64,000 nt of DNA from Eimeria praecox (Eukaryota), in assembly GCA_963920595.1 (NCBI GenBank), contig OY986948.1, forward strand, positions 4,030,001 to 4,094,000, in the 5' to 3' direction. This document shows, piece by piece, positions 29,895-42,764 of the stretch. Within the stretch, counting starts at the first letter, position 1; each line of letters opens with the position of its first letter. The notes under the pieces are model-generated. The model was given only the letters and a program-made list of their open reading frames with translations. It was not told where the DNA came from and ran no database searches. Made by a program: the position numbers and the translations under genes.

Positions 29895-32815
29895 AGGAGT
29901 GAAGCTAGGGTTATAGAACGCCTGCTTTCACTCCACCTCACTCTAGAGCACCCTGGCGGTGCAGCTGTGTGTCTAGTTTTCGGTGCCTTAGTGCCCGTGT
30001 GGTGCCTCTAGATCCTTCATTTCGATGCTTCACAACTGCACCGCTATTGTACTCTAGAGTGAGGTGCACTGAAAGCACACGCTTTAGAACCCTGTTTTCT
30101 TCGCTTTCCCGTGACGAGAGCACCCCGGTACACGGTGCTCCACGTACCTTGGGGGGGCACGGCTTTTGCCCAGATACTCTAGCACTTTACCACATCTTGC
30201 ACACTACCTCTAGTGATCTTCTGCGGATGAGACAAACTTTCTCGGGGACAGGCCAGCAAATAACCATTGTTAGTGTCTCAGCTTGACGCTGAACACTGAT
30301 TAGGTGTGAGGATGCATTTCTGGGAGAAGCGAAAAAACATTAAGGGGCTTCGCCTAAAATCTCTGTAAAAGATCCAGCCTTTCTTCCTCCGAAAGCATGG
30401 ACAGAAAGTACCGGATTGTAGTGGGGAAGGCAGGCCACCAGTGGCTGGGCAGTTTGCCTCATTAGCACAAGAACAGTTTCCGCGTCCCATCCAGCCGAAA
30501 ATGCTTCTCCCCGAGGAAAGGATTCATGAAGAATGCCACGTTCTTTGCCGATACTCAAAAAAAGAAACAGGTACTGCAGTGTGAGATCAGTGGCAGAAAC
30601 CTTTTCTTCTTTGAAGGTCTACGCTCGCCTTAAAAGTGTACTTGAAGCGCCACAGTCCTTTTTGGCACTTACTTAATTAGGATGGGAGGTACGACGCTGC
30701 TGGTTATTTCTAAGCAAGAGTTACACTTTCGTACCACTTTTCTTTGTCTCATGCGGCGTATCGAATCGTTTTGAGACGCGCTTTGATGTGCGTTTAATCC
30801 AGGGCTGCAAGGAAATAGGCAAGGGCAAAACTGAGAAAACTCAAACAAGGGGAGCTGCCAGTAGAGCTTTAGAAGTAGAAGCATACGCCCTCGGCGAACA
30901 GAAGCCCAACGGTGAGCATGGAGCTTCTGTAGGAATGCTACATAGGAGGGCTGGAGAGGAGCAAGTCGTAACCAAATGATCCGCGTATGGAGCTCGCGCG
31001 ATGATAGAGTACTTACAGATCAAACAGAAGAAAGCCGTTCCTACCTTCCTAGCTGAGGAGGATGCGATGTGTATTGGAAGACACCCAGATATGGAGGCGA
31101 TGGGGATTGGTACTGGGAATACCAACTCCGCCAATAAAGAGGGAAAATGAATAGCAGCAGGCGAAGCCGGCAGTCAGAAAGCCGTGGGGGAGTATCGAGG
31201 TGCATATCCGCTTCTTTGCAACAAACAAGGTCAAATCATTAATTATTACAGGACCTTGAAGGCTACTGGAGAAAAAAAACTTTAGACAGTGTCACCAGAG
31301 GTGCTAACAAAGCCTGCATGCATTTCTTCTCCAGGAACATTTGCGCACTGCATAGGAGCCTCTTCACTCCTGCCTTCTTGGCACAGTTATTTATCTTCTC
31401 CCTTTGGATTTGCAAATCGCGCTGCGAGAGGCGACAGTTGCATTGCCTTTCTGTTTCCCCACAAAAGGCTGCCATTGTGTCTTCTGGGGGCCGCATGCGA
31501 GGCCTGCACTCAGTTACAACAGGATATGCCTGGGATTATGTTGTAATGAGGTGGGCCCGCACATGCCCCGTGCCATGGTAATACGACATTTCACAAATGC
31601 CCCCCCAGTTTAGGCCTATGCGCATACCCTACTTGTACAGATCCTCGTGACCTTTCTTCTATCCACGAAGCGTAGTTGCAGATATTGGACCAACGAATGA
31701 GTAGGTACTGGGCCTTTCTCCAGTACCTTTACATGCCATATCCACCTTGCAGCCTGTGTCAAGCAGCATTAATAACCACTGACTGTGAGTATAACCTTGG
31801 ACAAGCACGGAGTTGACTAACGGAGAGTTGAATTGTGCGCCTGCACCCTCCTTTCTGCATGTCATTGCGCAGCGCTTCGACCTAGGGCCAACTCGTTTCG
31901 CTGATTGACTTTTTATCCTCCTGGCGGCGCTGATGGCATCTTGCCTTCCCAATCCCTTAGCGCTTTTCATCCCCTCTGCAAGTTGGGATTATGCGTGCTT
32001 GCCAGACTCTCCAACTGCCCTTTGCCCCCTCTTCGGCTGGCATTCACAGTTCCAATATCCATACACACTGTTTCTGGGTAATTTCCAAACCCACTTTATT
32101 CCTTGTCAGTTAGGGCGATGGGAGTGGCGCTTCTTCGCCTTCTGTTATTCAAGTTCTCCATCATCCCGAAGAGTTCCAGTACTTCACTCCTTAGCTCCTT
32201 CTCTTAACCGGCACAGCCCGTTACCGACTGCCTCTCTCCGGATGACACCTCTCATATGGATCATTGATATGGAAGATAAAAAGTACAGCGGCAGACTTCC
32301 GCTCGCCGACGACTGATAATTATAGATGAAACGTTCTATCCATATCACCCCTTGCTTATGTTCCCTCACTTCTTTCATAGCCTGTTCTGTTGCATGTTTG
32401 GGAATAAATATACCTTGCTGGGAATGCCGGGAAGCTTTCGTGGCCTTAATGCTTTCTGGCAGTATTGTGGGTTTGCCTAGATATAATCACTATCGTCGTG
32501 CCTCCCATTCTACGGGAGATCATGGCAGGGCTCAAGCAGTTCTTCTCTTCCACTTTGAAGATGAACGTACAGCTCCAGAGAAGCAAGGAAGCCCACAATA
32601 CCCGAGTGCCATGACGCCCTTAGCATTGATACGGCCGGCGGGGGTAGGGGCATTGTCATCAGTTGCTTTTTTCGGTAAATACATTTTTTGCTCGGTGGAA
32701 TGTAGAGGCTGTCATTATTTCAGTGTAAGGAGGCGCCTTTCCTTTGGCCGCTTTCCTGCCCGATGGCACATTCTCATCCATCTCCATTGTGCAAGGCTAA
32801 ACGGGCTCAAAAATT
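29895..32815 (-). repeat. Right arm of the ~3 kb inverted repeat (gag-protease remnant on the - strand)
   Basis: Reverse complement of 15035-18030. Mirrored ORFs are identical or differ by 1-5 residues in the core. Confidence 0.93.
29907..30093. repeat. Imperfect foldback with 63-bp arms and a 61-bp spacer
   Basis: 29907-29969 aligns without gaps to the reverse complement of 30031-30093, with 12 mismatches by manual count. Confidence 0.85.
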
Positions 32816-34067
32816 GGCAGTTTTAGGGAGGCATATAAATTTTTGTAAGTCAAGCTTTTCCCCCTTCTGCAAGCGTTTTTGCGACGGACCTGTGGCATGC
32901 CTTGTGGGATGTTGCCAGTCGTATTCATACGGAGCGCAAGCTGACTAAGGAGGATCAAGTATATGCTTAAAGACAGTTAGCACTCTAGTCTACAATGCTG
33001 GATCATGCAGCAAAAAAACAATGCTTCTGCGCTCATGTAGAGCTGCCTTGCACCGCTAGCTGCAGCAAGGTGGTTGGCAGCCCGTGGCAGGCATGCCCGT
33101 GTCCTCATCAACCCATGCCCTTGATTAGCTGTGCCCAGGAGTTTTGGAAGCGGGGAGGATATGCTAGATTCCTGTTGCGAACAAGATACCTTCACTGTAC
33201 TGGAACATGCGACAGACCTCAGCCGGTATCGAGGGATCCGTACACATGCTATAGCATTGCAGACTGTACCGTTATACTGCTTACAGTTGGTAAGCGCTTA
33301 CTTGGCCTTCCCCACTGAGCGTGCGGACAACTCAGCATAAGACTACCAACGTTACGCAGATATATGCAACTTAGCACGTACTAGTAACAGCAACTGGCGT
33401 TATTGCTTACAGTGTTCCTTACGAGGCTACTGCCCAACATACCCTGTATTGCCATTCCCATTAGTTGCTTGCGGTGCTGCCTGTATTTGCCGTATTCGTA
33501 GGTTGCGTTCGGACCTCTCCGTTGCAGGCCTTTGGGGCCCTGTGGGGTTGCCTCCAACGTATGATGTACTTCACGAGTACTACACTATGAGCGGGCAATA
33601 TCGTTTGTAATAATATATAAAATACTTCACGATGGCAGACAGAAAGGAAAATCCAGCGGATGCACAATAACCTTGGCGGAGTATGGTCGTTTGCCGCTGT
33701 GCCCTTTGTGGAGAGGCAGCTCAAGCAAAACCATTGCCATTTAGCATTTGCAGTGTGTATGCTACGCCTTTTCTTGGTATATTCGTGTTTGTATTCTTTT
33801 ATCAGAGTGAGCTTCTTTTGGTGTTGGAGGTTGCTGCAGTCACCACTCGATTGAAGGAGATCGGGGGACGGCTTCTCCCTCGCTCGTCTGCCATCGTGGG
33901 CAGCGTTGTGTCCGCGTGGCTTGTTCGTCGTCTCCCCCTTGTTTATACTGCATCACATCCTCATCTTTGTTCCCGGAAGGCAAATTTATCCTTCACAAAG
34001 TTGAACTGTAATCATTATTAAGGATTTACTGACTCCTTTTTAAACCGAGAAGGACGGGAACGCTACG

Positions 34068-35519
34068 ATGAGCGGGCATTGCGCTCGAGGGGTTCTACGG
34101 AACGCCGGCTGCGCGATTCTTGCCGCTTTCTTTCTAATTCAGCGTCCAGATGGCGGAGACGCAGCTTTCAATGACCTCACAGGCAGCGCCGTTGAGCAAC
34201 CATGGAGACAGCCTGTTCCCCACCCACCTGCAGTCCCACCGTCACCACCGGCATTTCCTCAGGAGGCGTATGGCCAGGAGCTTCCACGCCCATCGCAAGA
34301 GACAGCACCAGGGACAGCAACACCGGCAGTAGCAGCAGCATCTAATCAGGGCTTACCTCAACGGCATGGGGCCTCCGGATATTTCTCTCCCCCTATGCAG
34401 GCTTTTGGAGGGCCCCAGAACCCCGCGCTTACGCTGCCATCATTCCAGCTTCAGTCTTCTTCAGCACTATCAGGAGCAGGGACAGGAGTTCCATCCGGCC
34501 CGCCGTTTTCTTTAGGCATTCCCAACCGACCGACACTAGGCGTATCAGGGTTAGCGTCAGTGGGAGGAGTAGGTGGAGTAGGGGGCTGGCATCCACCTGC
34601 TGGTATGCATTCTCGGAATGCAGTCGCTGCAAGCCTGGCTGTACATACAGCCGAGGCCGGAGACGTGACAGGAGCACCGCCTGTGACGGATACAAGCGTT
34701 CCAGTTGGCTTCTATTCAAGCAGCACCGGGGTATACAAGGTTCCTCGTTTCCCCTCCAGTGTTTATTCAGTGAGCGAGCCAAGCGAGGATGCCATAAAGC
34801 ATTGCACCTTACGAGTGTCAGCATCGAAGATGACGAACGGATTCAGCGATAACCTGAAGTCGGGGGGCGTCAACATCATGGGCAATGCCAGTAACCAGCT
34901 GCTGCGAATCGTTGCCACCAGCTCCCCGCGTTACAACTCAAAGCTGGGTGCCCCTTGGGTGCTGTTACAGCGGGCAATGGGCACGAGGGTGAGCTACGAG
35001 ATGAAGATGGCTGTGCCGCGAGGGTGCGTGCTGCTCGCTCACGATCCCAATTTGGTGGGCTTAGTAAGGCGAGAGGGCAATTATGTTGTGGAAGTTTCCA
35101 TCAGGCTGGCGCCGGACACTCTGGCAGAGTATACTTCTTCTGTGGCTGCAGTGCCAGCTGACATCGTGGCATTTGCTGCCTCGCTGCCACCAGACTCGAA
35201 CTTTCAGCCGGTGGCACACTGCGTGTTTGTGGCCCACTTCAGCACCCAGCCCGATGACATACGATTGCAGGCATCCTATACGCAAGTCAGAGTGGAAGGC
35301 AACACTGCACTGGGCACAGAGACGTTGCAGCTCGAGACACCGTTAATGTGCCTGCCGCAGTCGCTACACCGGATTTCCATGTGGGCAATAAAACTCTTCA
35401 ACGGGACGGGGGTTATCGTCGCCTTCAGCCCCCCGCCAAAGACGGACCAGGAGTGGTTCGTTGTGCGCACCGCTGGTGACGAAGCAGCGTTGCAGCGTGT
35501 GGTGGGAGTACGGCCCTGA
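34068..35519 (+). CDS. Intronless 483-aa hypothetical protein, probably secreted
   Basis: Long non-repetitive ORF. N-terminal hydrophobic core CAILAAFFLI, then a Pro/Gly/Ser-rich region, then a ~245-aa globular-looking C-terminal domain with several Cys. Confidence 0.8.
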   Translation: MSGHCARGVLRNAGCAILAAFFLIQRPDGGDAAFNDLTGSAVEQPWRQPVPHPPAVPPSPPAFPQEAYGQELPRPSQETAPGTATPAVAAASNQGLPQRHGASGYFSPPMQAFGGPQNPALTLPSFQLQSSSALSGAGTGVPSGPPFSLGIPNRPTLGVSGLASVGGVGGVGGWHPPAGMHSRNAVAASLAVHTAEAGDVTGAPPVTDTSVPVGFYSSSTGVYKVPRFPSSVYSVSEPSEDAIKHCTLRVSASKMTNGFSDNLKSGGVNIMGNASNQLLRIVATSSPRYNSKLGAPWVLLQRAMGTRVSYEMKMAVPRGCVLLAHDPNLVGLVRREGNYVVEVSIRLAPDTLAEYTSSVAAVPADIVAFAASLPPDSNFQPVAHCVFVAHFSTQPDDIRLQASYTQVRVEGNTALGTETLQLETPLMCLPQSLHRISMWAIKLFNGTGVIVAFSPPPKTDQEWFVVRTAGDEAALQRVVGVRP

Positions 35520-37767
35520 AAGGAGCAACATCGTCGGAAACCCATAGTATTCTTCCTTGCTGAAAAAGCTGTCGAGGCGGAGAAGGAAATCAACGGAGGA
35601 GAGCAGGATGCGTCGTTGAACGTAGCAGTAGGCTCTGGATTGAAGTGGCCATGCTGGGTTGGCGTGGATGTGGCTATTGCCACCTTCATGGTTCGTGACC
35701 GTTCACTGTGGGGAAGTTGGCAGTGTCATGCCGTGAAGATGCGTTGAGGCACACCTACAGTGCTGACATCTGAGCATGTAAACCTAATGTGAGGAGCACC
35801 AGCATGCGCCAAATATACATGGGTGTCTTCGTTTGTGACTTGGCATTCTCTACGTTCGCCTGTAGTTATGGCTTACGTGTTCCTCCAACATGGAGTTGGG
35901 GGTTTTTTGGGGTGGGGGGGTGGGGGAGGGGGGGAGGGTTGGGGGAAAACTGCCTAGAGGAATACGACTCATCCTTCTAAATGACATTCATCAATGCATC
36001 AGCGGATATATACATGGTGGTGCGTATCACGTGAGTATCAATCGCATGCAGAAGGACGTGCTCCATACATCTGCGGGTGTATATGCATGTCACTGCGTAT
36101 TGCATGGGCATCAACCACTTACAGCTATTGGATTACGTGAAGGGTTGGCCTTTTCATGCATACCCCGCTCTGGACGATATACGGCATCAAGCATATCTGC
36201 GACAGTTCGCGGCACGCTTCTGCCTTTTCCAGCTTTTCCCAACATAAATGGGGTGTTTCTTGCATCTGTTGGGTAAATGGAAATTCGTTAATCGTCAATC
36301 GTGGGAGGGGAGGTCGCCTTCCCCGAAGCACACGTGGGACTGCGTCTGTTGCCGTCGTGCGACCTGGAGTTGTTTAAAGCGAGAGTTACAAACGCTTGTA
36401 AATCGCTAGCGATGTTTTGGGGTTTTATTGGGTAAAGTGGTGCTTACAAGATGCAATTAGATTTGCTTACTCATGGGGGTGCAAACGCTTGTAGTCCTCT
36501 TTTAGTACTTTACGTAGGTCGGACCTAACTAGAAGTTCTACTGCCCCTAGGCTCACCCTTCCTTCCTAGTGTATGTAGGCACTGCTTCCCCAATTCACAC
36601 GGGTATTCAGTACCCTATACCAGGAGTGCAGGGGGGACGGACGCAGGACCAGCTCGCGCAGGACCAGCAAGGACGGCGCACACCGGAAGTGTAGCTGAGC
36701 CTTACCGGAGCTAAGGCCTAGGACTCTTGTTACAAAAGCTGCCAGCAACTGTAGGCGATTTGCTTGCCGTTACCCAGCACGTTCCTAGCTAGGCGAAGAG
36801 ACTAACGCTGCCTCTAGCCTTTCGATGTTGGTGCGCCGCAGTATATCGTTGCAGGGTAACGCGGCGCACGCGCGGGCGACGCGCTTACACGCGAAGAAGG
36901 GGTTGAAGTGACACGCCATAGAACGAGTATGACCAATAACATGTATTTAAGCTTCCTGCCCCGTCAAAACTACTTTGGTGAGCCCTGGCTGGGCAATTTC
37001 CGTGCAAACATATTACGCCTTGTATGGTGTGTTGATGGCGTTTCGTGCAACACTGCGTGCTACTCCCGGGGCACAATAAGTATCAGCATGTATTGGCTCC
37101 AAGCATTCGTCAAATGGCGTCAACGTGTGAAGCGAAACTTTTGTGTTTGAGGGTGGGTCAACCTGGATGTCTTGTAACAAAATGGAGCTCATTATGCCAT
37201 TGTTCGAAATTTTCCACAAAAAACCACAGAAATAGTTGTGGCAAATGCTTCCTCTAAAGGCGGTTAGGCTTTTCCGAGTGTTTTCCGGCTTAGGGATGGC
37301 AGCGGGCGCAGCCCCTCGGTGATGGTGAGCAGGCCAGGCTAACAGCTAAGTCCATCCTTCTGGCTCTTGATATTTTATTCGTGTACGGACAAGTATTCGT
37401 GTGTGAGTGATTATGGGGCAGGGGAAGGTCTTGTTCCACCCGTTAGAGAAGTTGCACGGCAGCTGAACGGACACAGCCTCTCAGCTTTGTGCGACCAGCA
37501 GTGATGGCGGCATGCTGGTTTGTCCATTTCTTCTGTTCCCCCTTACTTGATTAGCTTTTCCTCAGTAATCCGCTGCAAGAGAGTACTCTGCAGGGTGTGT
37601 TATGAGCCTCGGTGTCTAGTCGATACGCCGCTGAAACCACAAAGTATTTGCGTGAAAGTCAAACGTAGTGGAGGATATTGCTTGTATCTCCTTCTTGCTG
37701 CACTGTGCTGAGACAGACAGGGCATAGCACAAGGAGTGGCCCGGTCATCCCTTCCGTTCACTCCCCG

Positions 37768-38819
37768 ATGCCTGGGAACAATGCGGGGGAGCCCGTGACG
37801 GGGCATGAGGGGCCAGAGACAAGAAGCCACACAGACAATGGTGATATTTCTAGCTCTCAAAGAGGCAAAAGCAACAGTATACACAGCAACAATGTTGATA
37901 CTTCGATGATCCTGCAGGGCAACGGGCGACGCGGATTCAGCAGCTGTGCCAGCGAACCGCAGCTGTGGCGTTCTGTGAACAAGCAAGAGCAAGAGCAGAA
38001 GGAGGATGACAAGCACCAGCAGCCGCAGCCTGATTATCAGGCCAATCCGCGCCTACGGCGGCGAAGCAGCAGCTGCCACTCCACCCATGAGGAGGCAGCA
38101 AGCGCAAATGTCGTGTTGAGGGAGGCTTGTTCGAGCGATGCTTCTCTGGTGCGGGACTTGATGAAGTCCCACCTGAGGTCTTTGATTCTTCCTGCTGTGT
38201 TTTATTGGCTATGCCGGCACGCACAAGACTTTGGGAGCTTCTTAATTATTTGTTGTTGCTTTGTGCCTCTCGATAGAATGCTCATGAGCCTCTGCTGCTT
38301 TCTGTTGCTGCTTCTCGTTCGTGTCGTGCTTGAACTGGAACAGTATGCTGCAAGGGGATGCCCAGACCTCGCAGAGTTCGATCGTCATTACCTGCAAGCG
38401 GAGCGCAACAGATTCTGGGTGGCAGAGGTGGGGATCCACTGCGCACGTGTGTGGCGAAGAGCGCACCGTCTAGCAGCCTTTTTGCTCTCGCACTGTCAAG
38501 TGGTTTACTATTCGCTTAGTCCTTTGTTCATGTGTAGTGGCTCATTTATGCTGTTATGTGGCTGTCCCGTTGCTGTTCGAGCTCTCTGTTGCTGGTACAG
38601 CAATTGGAGACACTGGGTGCTGGCAGATACTTTTTCTTCCTTCCCCTATTAAACTTGACCAAACGACGAGCTGAACTAGCATTCTATCTCGATTGTGGTG
38701 CTGTGGAAACCACTGTGGCTGCACAGACGCTTTTTTACCTGTGTGCTCACATCTGTGCATTGCGAAGACATACATACGGATTGGCATGTGGGTACATGCA
38801 ATATATCTATCTATCTATC

Positions 38820-38857
<38 letters not shown>

Positions 38858-40458
38858 TATATTTCGAGCACCAGTTTCCAGGCTGTTGGGTGGTATGTTA
38901 GTGGATACATTTTCTTCTACAGACCGCATGGCTGCGTGGATGGAGATGTTCAACCATCTTTTCTAGGCTTTTTCTTGCGCATGCATGTATTCATAGGTGC
39001 TTCTAAATACACAGGTATATGCGTGCACTTTCAGGCTTAGGTTAAGTAAATATGCCGCTGCTTATGCTTTTGAACATGTATATTGGGCGTTTGGGTTATT
39101 CCCTCTGTCGTTTGTTGCTGCAGAAGCAGCAGCCAAGTGGCAATCGAGTTGTCGGCTGTATCGGTTTCATTATTCATCCATCCAATCCTCAGGAGGGGCA
39201 ACTGGTAAGGCAGATCCACAGAGCAGAGGGTAGAATAAATAATCAAGATTGAGAGGTGGTGTGGTAGTGAAGGCCCACACAAGTAGGGTTCCGTTTAAAG
39301 AAACACGAGGACGGAAGATGCCCGGGACACGCTGGCAGAAGGGGGGGGGGGGGGGTCATGTTCATTCACAAGAGGTGCCGGGGAACAGAAGCGGGCCTTC
39401 TCTGCGAAACGGGCTTTTTTGCCTGCACTTCAGCTTTGCATTTGGTTGAAACTGTTGATTTGAGTGAAGAAAAATGCTCCAGGACACAATTTTGCAAACA
39501 CTTTGGCCTTGCGTTTGGTTGGAAAGTTTGATTTTAGCAAAGGAAAATTCTCCAGGATACCACTTTGGAAGTTGCAGCGAAGCAGCATGTCTTCACTCTG
39601 GCTTCTCGGCCCTCGGCTTCTCGGGGGGAGGATGTGCTTGCAGTGGCCGTGTCTTGTCTCTTTCTCCAGCTGCGCCCATGGCTGTCTATCTGTTTGCGTG
39701 CAAGCATCTGCGCGGCCAGTTGTGCGCACTGCGCTTTGTTCAGGTCCGTCTTGTGGTGTCTCCTGGGTCGCGGGGTGCCGGCGTAGGCTCGCGGCTGTTG
39801 TCATGTGCGTTAGGCTTTGCTGCGAGTTGCCGATGCCGTTCTATTGAAGTTTTTGCGAACTCGCTTAACGCGAGCAGTGCCAGCTTTTTCAGAAATAGGC
39901 ATTTCGAGCTCGTCCAGGTCGTTAGGAGGAAGCTGATGCGGGGTATGTCTGGAATTCCTGTGTCGCGTGCTTATTCGTACGCTGGCGCATTATCATAACT
40001 GTCTGTTAATGCGTGTGCTTTTCTGCCTTTGTGTGGTGTTGTCCGTACTTTGAGCCCCTCGTCATTTATTCGTCCGTGCTAACTTGTCTGTGTGCGAACT
40101 TGTGCAAGCTTCTGGGGGTCAGCGCTACTCTGTTTTTGGCTAAGAGGTTGTTCACTGTGTGTTCCATTTCTTCTCCTAAGGATTCAAATGCCTCGCGATG
40201 CCTGATGCCACTGGCATGATGCGTTGACGGCCGTCGGTCATCTTGACATTATTTATTTAAGACTCATCAGTTTAAATTGTCAAGTTGCCCGCCCTGGTTG
40301 CAGTGGGCTGCCTTGCAAAGGTACTGCCGACTGCCGTTTGTGTGCTGCGCTTATCAGGAGATCTGCTGCGATGGAGGATGGCCCTTGACGGTCAAGGCCG
40401 ACCAGTAGAGCCAAAGGCAGACCCTGCTTCCACTGTCAGTGGTCTACATTCTGAATAG
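37768..40458 (+). CDS. GNAT N-acetyltransferase of the NAT8/camello type (internal hydrophobic segment)
   Basis: Exons 37768-38427, 39124-39204, 39744-39942 and 40358-40458. Motifs: VLREACSSDASLVRDL, a hydrophobic stretch, PDLAEFDRHYL..RFWVAE, RVVGCIG, and the acetyl-CoA motif A VRLVVSPGSRGAGVGSRLL, followed by NASSASFFRNRHF. Confidence 0.85.
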
Positions 40459-41038
40459 TAGCGCTTTGCAGGGTGCCTGTGCACACAAACCTGTGTACCA
40501 GTTGGCAGCCGGAAGTTAACCGGGAAGACAATACATCGTAGCCTGCTTGGAACCGTAATCCATAGCTGCCAGCTGCTTTATAAATTCTCCTCTGGAGATG
40601 GCACTCCCGTATAACCAAATGAAGTATCTGCTGTGGCTGTAACGGTAGAACCAGCAGCTGCAGCTGCAGCAGCTGCTAGCTCTACTGCTTCATTTTTAGA
40701 GCCTGGGATTCATGAGGCTTCCTGAGGCATGAAAGACAAACCTAAAAGTTTTGTGATGGGGTGGACCCTGATGATGCAACGGCTGTTTCAGCATCTTGTC
40801 CCGCACCGCCCGACATGGGCTGCGCGTGGATATTCAGTCACATAGAAGTGCGAACCAAGCCACTAGGCACGGAAAGGTTGCCGGTAGTTCCTGGAGCAGT
40901 TGCTTTCGGTAGAGATGTGTAGGAAGTGGAAGGCAGTCATCGTGTTCATTTTATCCAGGTGATGCACAGCAGCTATCAGCGGCTTGCTGGTGGTTGCAGG
41001 GGCGCTGCAAGAGCACGTGGTTAAATGCGGTTAAATGG

Positions 41039-41069
<31 letters not shown>

Positions 41070-41619
41070 GCACTGCATTTAACTACGCAATAGAGACAAA
41101 GCTTATGCATGTGTATAGAGGAGGCTACACGTGGTGCATGCTTGTGTACAGGCGCACACACGAATATGCTCATCATCTTGAGGTGAATGTGTTTACCATG
41201 CCTGCGTACACAAATTTATGGACCCCGTTCAGTACATTCACGCATAGTGTATACACACGTGCACAAGCAGCTGAGACTGCTTCCATGCAATTTCGTACCG
41301 TGGCAGTCATGTTCCCGGTGCAGGTGCATGCCGATGTGCATTAGTTGCAAGCCTTTCACAGCGTGTGGGTGCAACAGGGAAACCAGCATCAGGCCGTTTC
41401 AGGCCCTTGCAGCCGGCGGAAGCTGCTTTGCGTAATATGGCGCTTGGACTGACTGCAGGTCCTACAAATGCATGCTTTTTAGGAGTGCACGCACATTGTA
41501 ATTGAACTTTGTTGGAAGAGTTTGTTCTGTATATGCATGGAGGAAACTTGAAGGGCAAGCCAACGATAGGCAGGTATTAGAGGATGCCACATGCCGGTAT
41601 GAGTATGTCGTAGGCTTTT

Positions 41620-42130
41620 TAGCGGGCATGTTTAGTGTTCGCCCTTGAATTTTTGAATTGTGGGGTATCTACCGTTGCCATGAGGATATAGGTATCAGGT
41701 CCATCAGGCTAGCTGCGGCTAGAAAGACAACGGATACAACCAGCATTGCAAAATCGCCTCTGCGCTGTACTTGGCATTTGACCCTGCTAGTATCGCTCAT
41801 GTGTTTAACTGCATGGGTTTGCACAGACAGGCTACCTCTAGGCATCTGTGGCGAACTTATGCAGACTCAAGAAGCGCTGGACCAAGTCTAAAACGCATCA
41901 ATTGAGACCCTGCCTCGGTTGATGCCTTTGCACTGGGCACCTGGAGGTTGGAGCGAGAGCCAGCTGCTGCTCCCACAGCTTCAGGTTTGGATGGATTCTA
42001 TTGAGTTGTTCAACGCACGTACTTGCTTTTGTGAGGCATGGATCTTTCACCTGGCCAAGGTAGCCTGTAATGGGACGTAGAGAGGCGCCCCCCCATTTAC
42101 TTGCTAAGGGACCTTGAAAAGAAGCCAGTT
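41620..42130 (-). mobile_element. Highly decayed RT fragment
   Basis: PTSRCPVQRH resembles the PPARCPVHHIEL RT start at 28.3 kb. Downstream text FLAAASLMDLIPI..LNMP resembles the RT motif A-B region. Confidence 0.5.
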
Positions 42131-42764
42131 CAGTGTAATGCATTTTATATAATGATCCAAAGTTATTCTATTGCAAGCGTAGGATAGAAGAAGAATTGAA
42201 GAATCGCTCATCGGCATCTCCCGCAATTCTTTCAGGCTCCTGTCCTTTGCAACCCCATTGTGTGGAAAAGCTCTGGGCCCCACATGTCCACATCAACAGA
42301 TGTGGCTAGGCGGTCCAGTCAGTTGTGGGTAGGGGCCCTTACTCCAGAGAAGAAGTACTGAAAGTATAAGGAGATAGTGGCGAGTGCTGCGCGCTTTGTA
42401 AGGTAGCATATGAGGGTGAGCACCAGCCTGTGAGGGCCCTGAGATTCCCAGAGCCCTAAAATACCCTCAGTTGTTATATTGAGGGGAGTTTCTCATAGGT
42501 AGGTCCAGTTAGATGACGCGGGAGAAATAATCAGGGCAGATGAGCCCGTAGAAAGGTAGATACGATCACCTAGTTGTACATGAAAGGGCAGCAGCCATCG
42601 AATGCTGAACATGGTCCCAATTTAAGCTAAAATCCGCATACCCACCCTTGAAGCCGGCTTCACTGGCTGGAGGACGGCTGGCAGATGCTTAGGATGAAAG
42701 GATTCGCACCGACGATCCTCGTAAATTCACTCGGTTTATAGCTCTCCTGCGCATTTAACATTAT

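Noticed and set aside
15035..32815. Interpretation of the arms as TIRs of a large DNA transposon, or as paired LTRs
   Set aside because: The ends are ragged and are the most diverged parts, no TSD or transposase was seen, and the arms contain gag-protease sequence. LTR pairs would be direct repeats, not inverted.
36400..37260. Possible LTR or leader relic with short similarity to ~48.0 kb (TAGGCACTG.TT.CCC)
   Set aside because: The match is too short, and no termini or TSD could be defined by eye.
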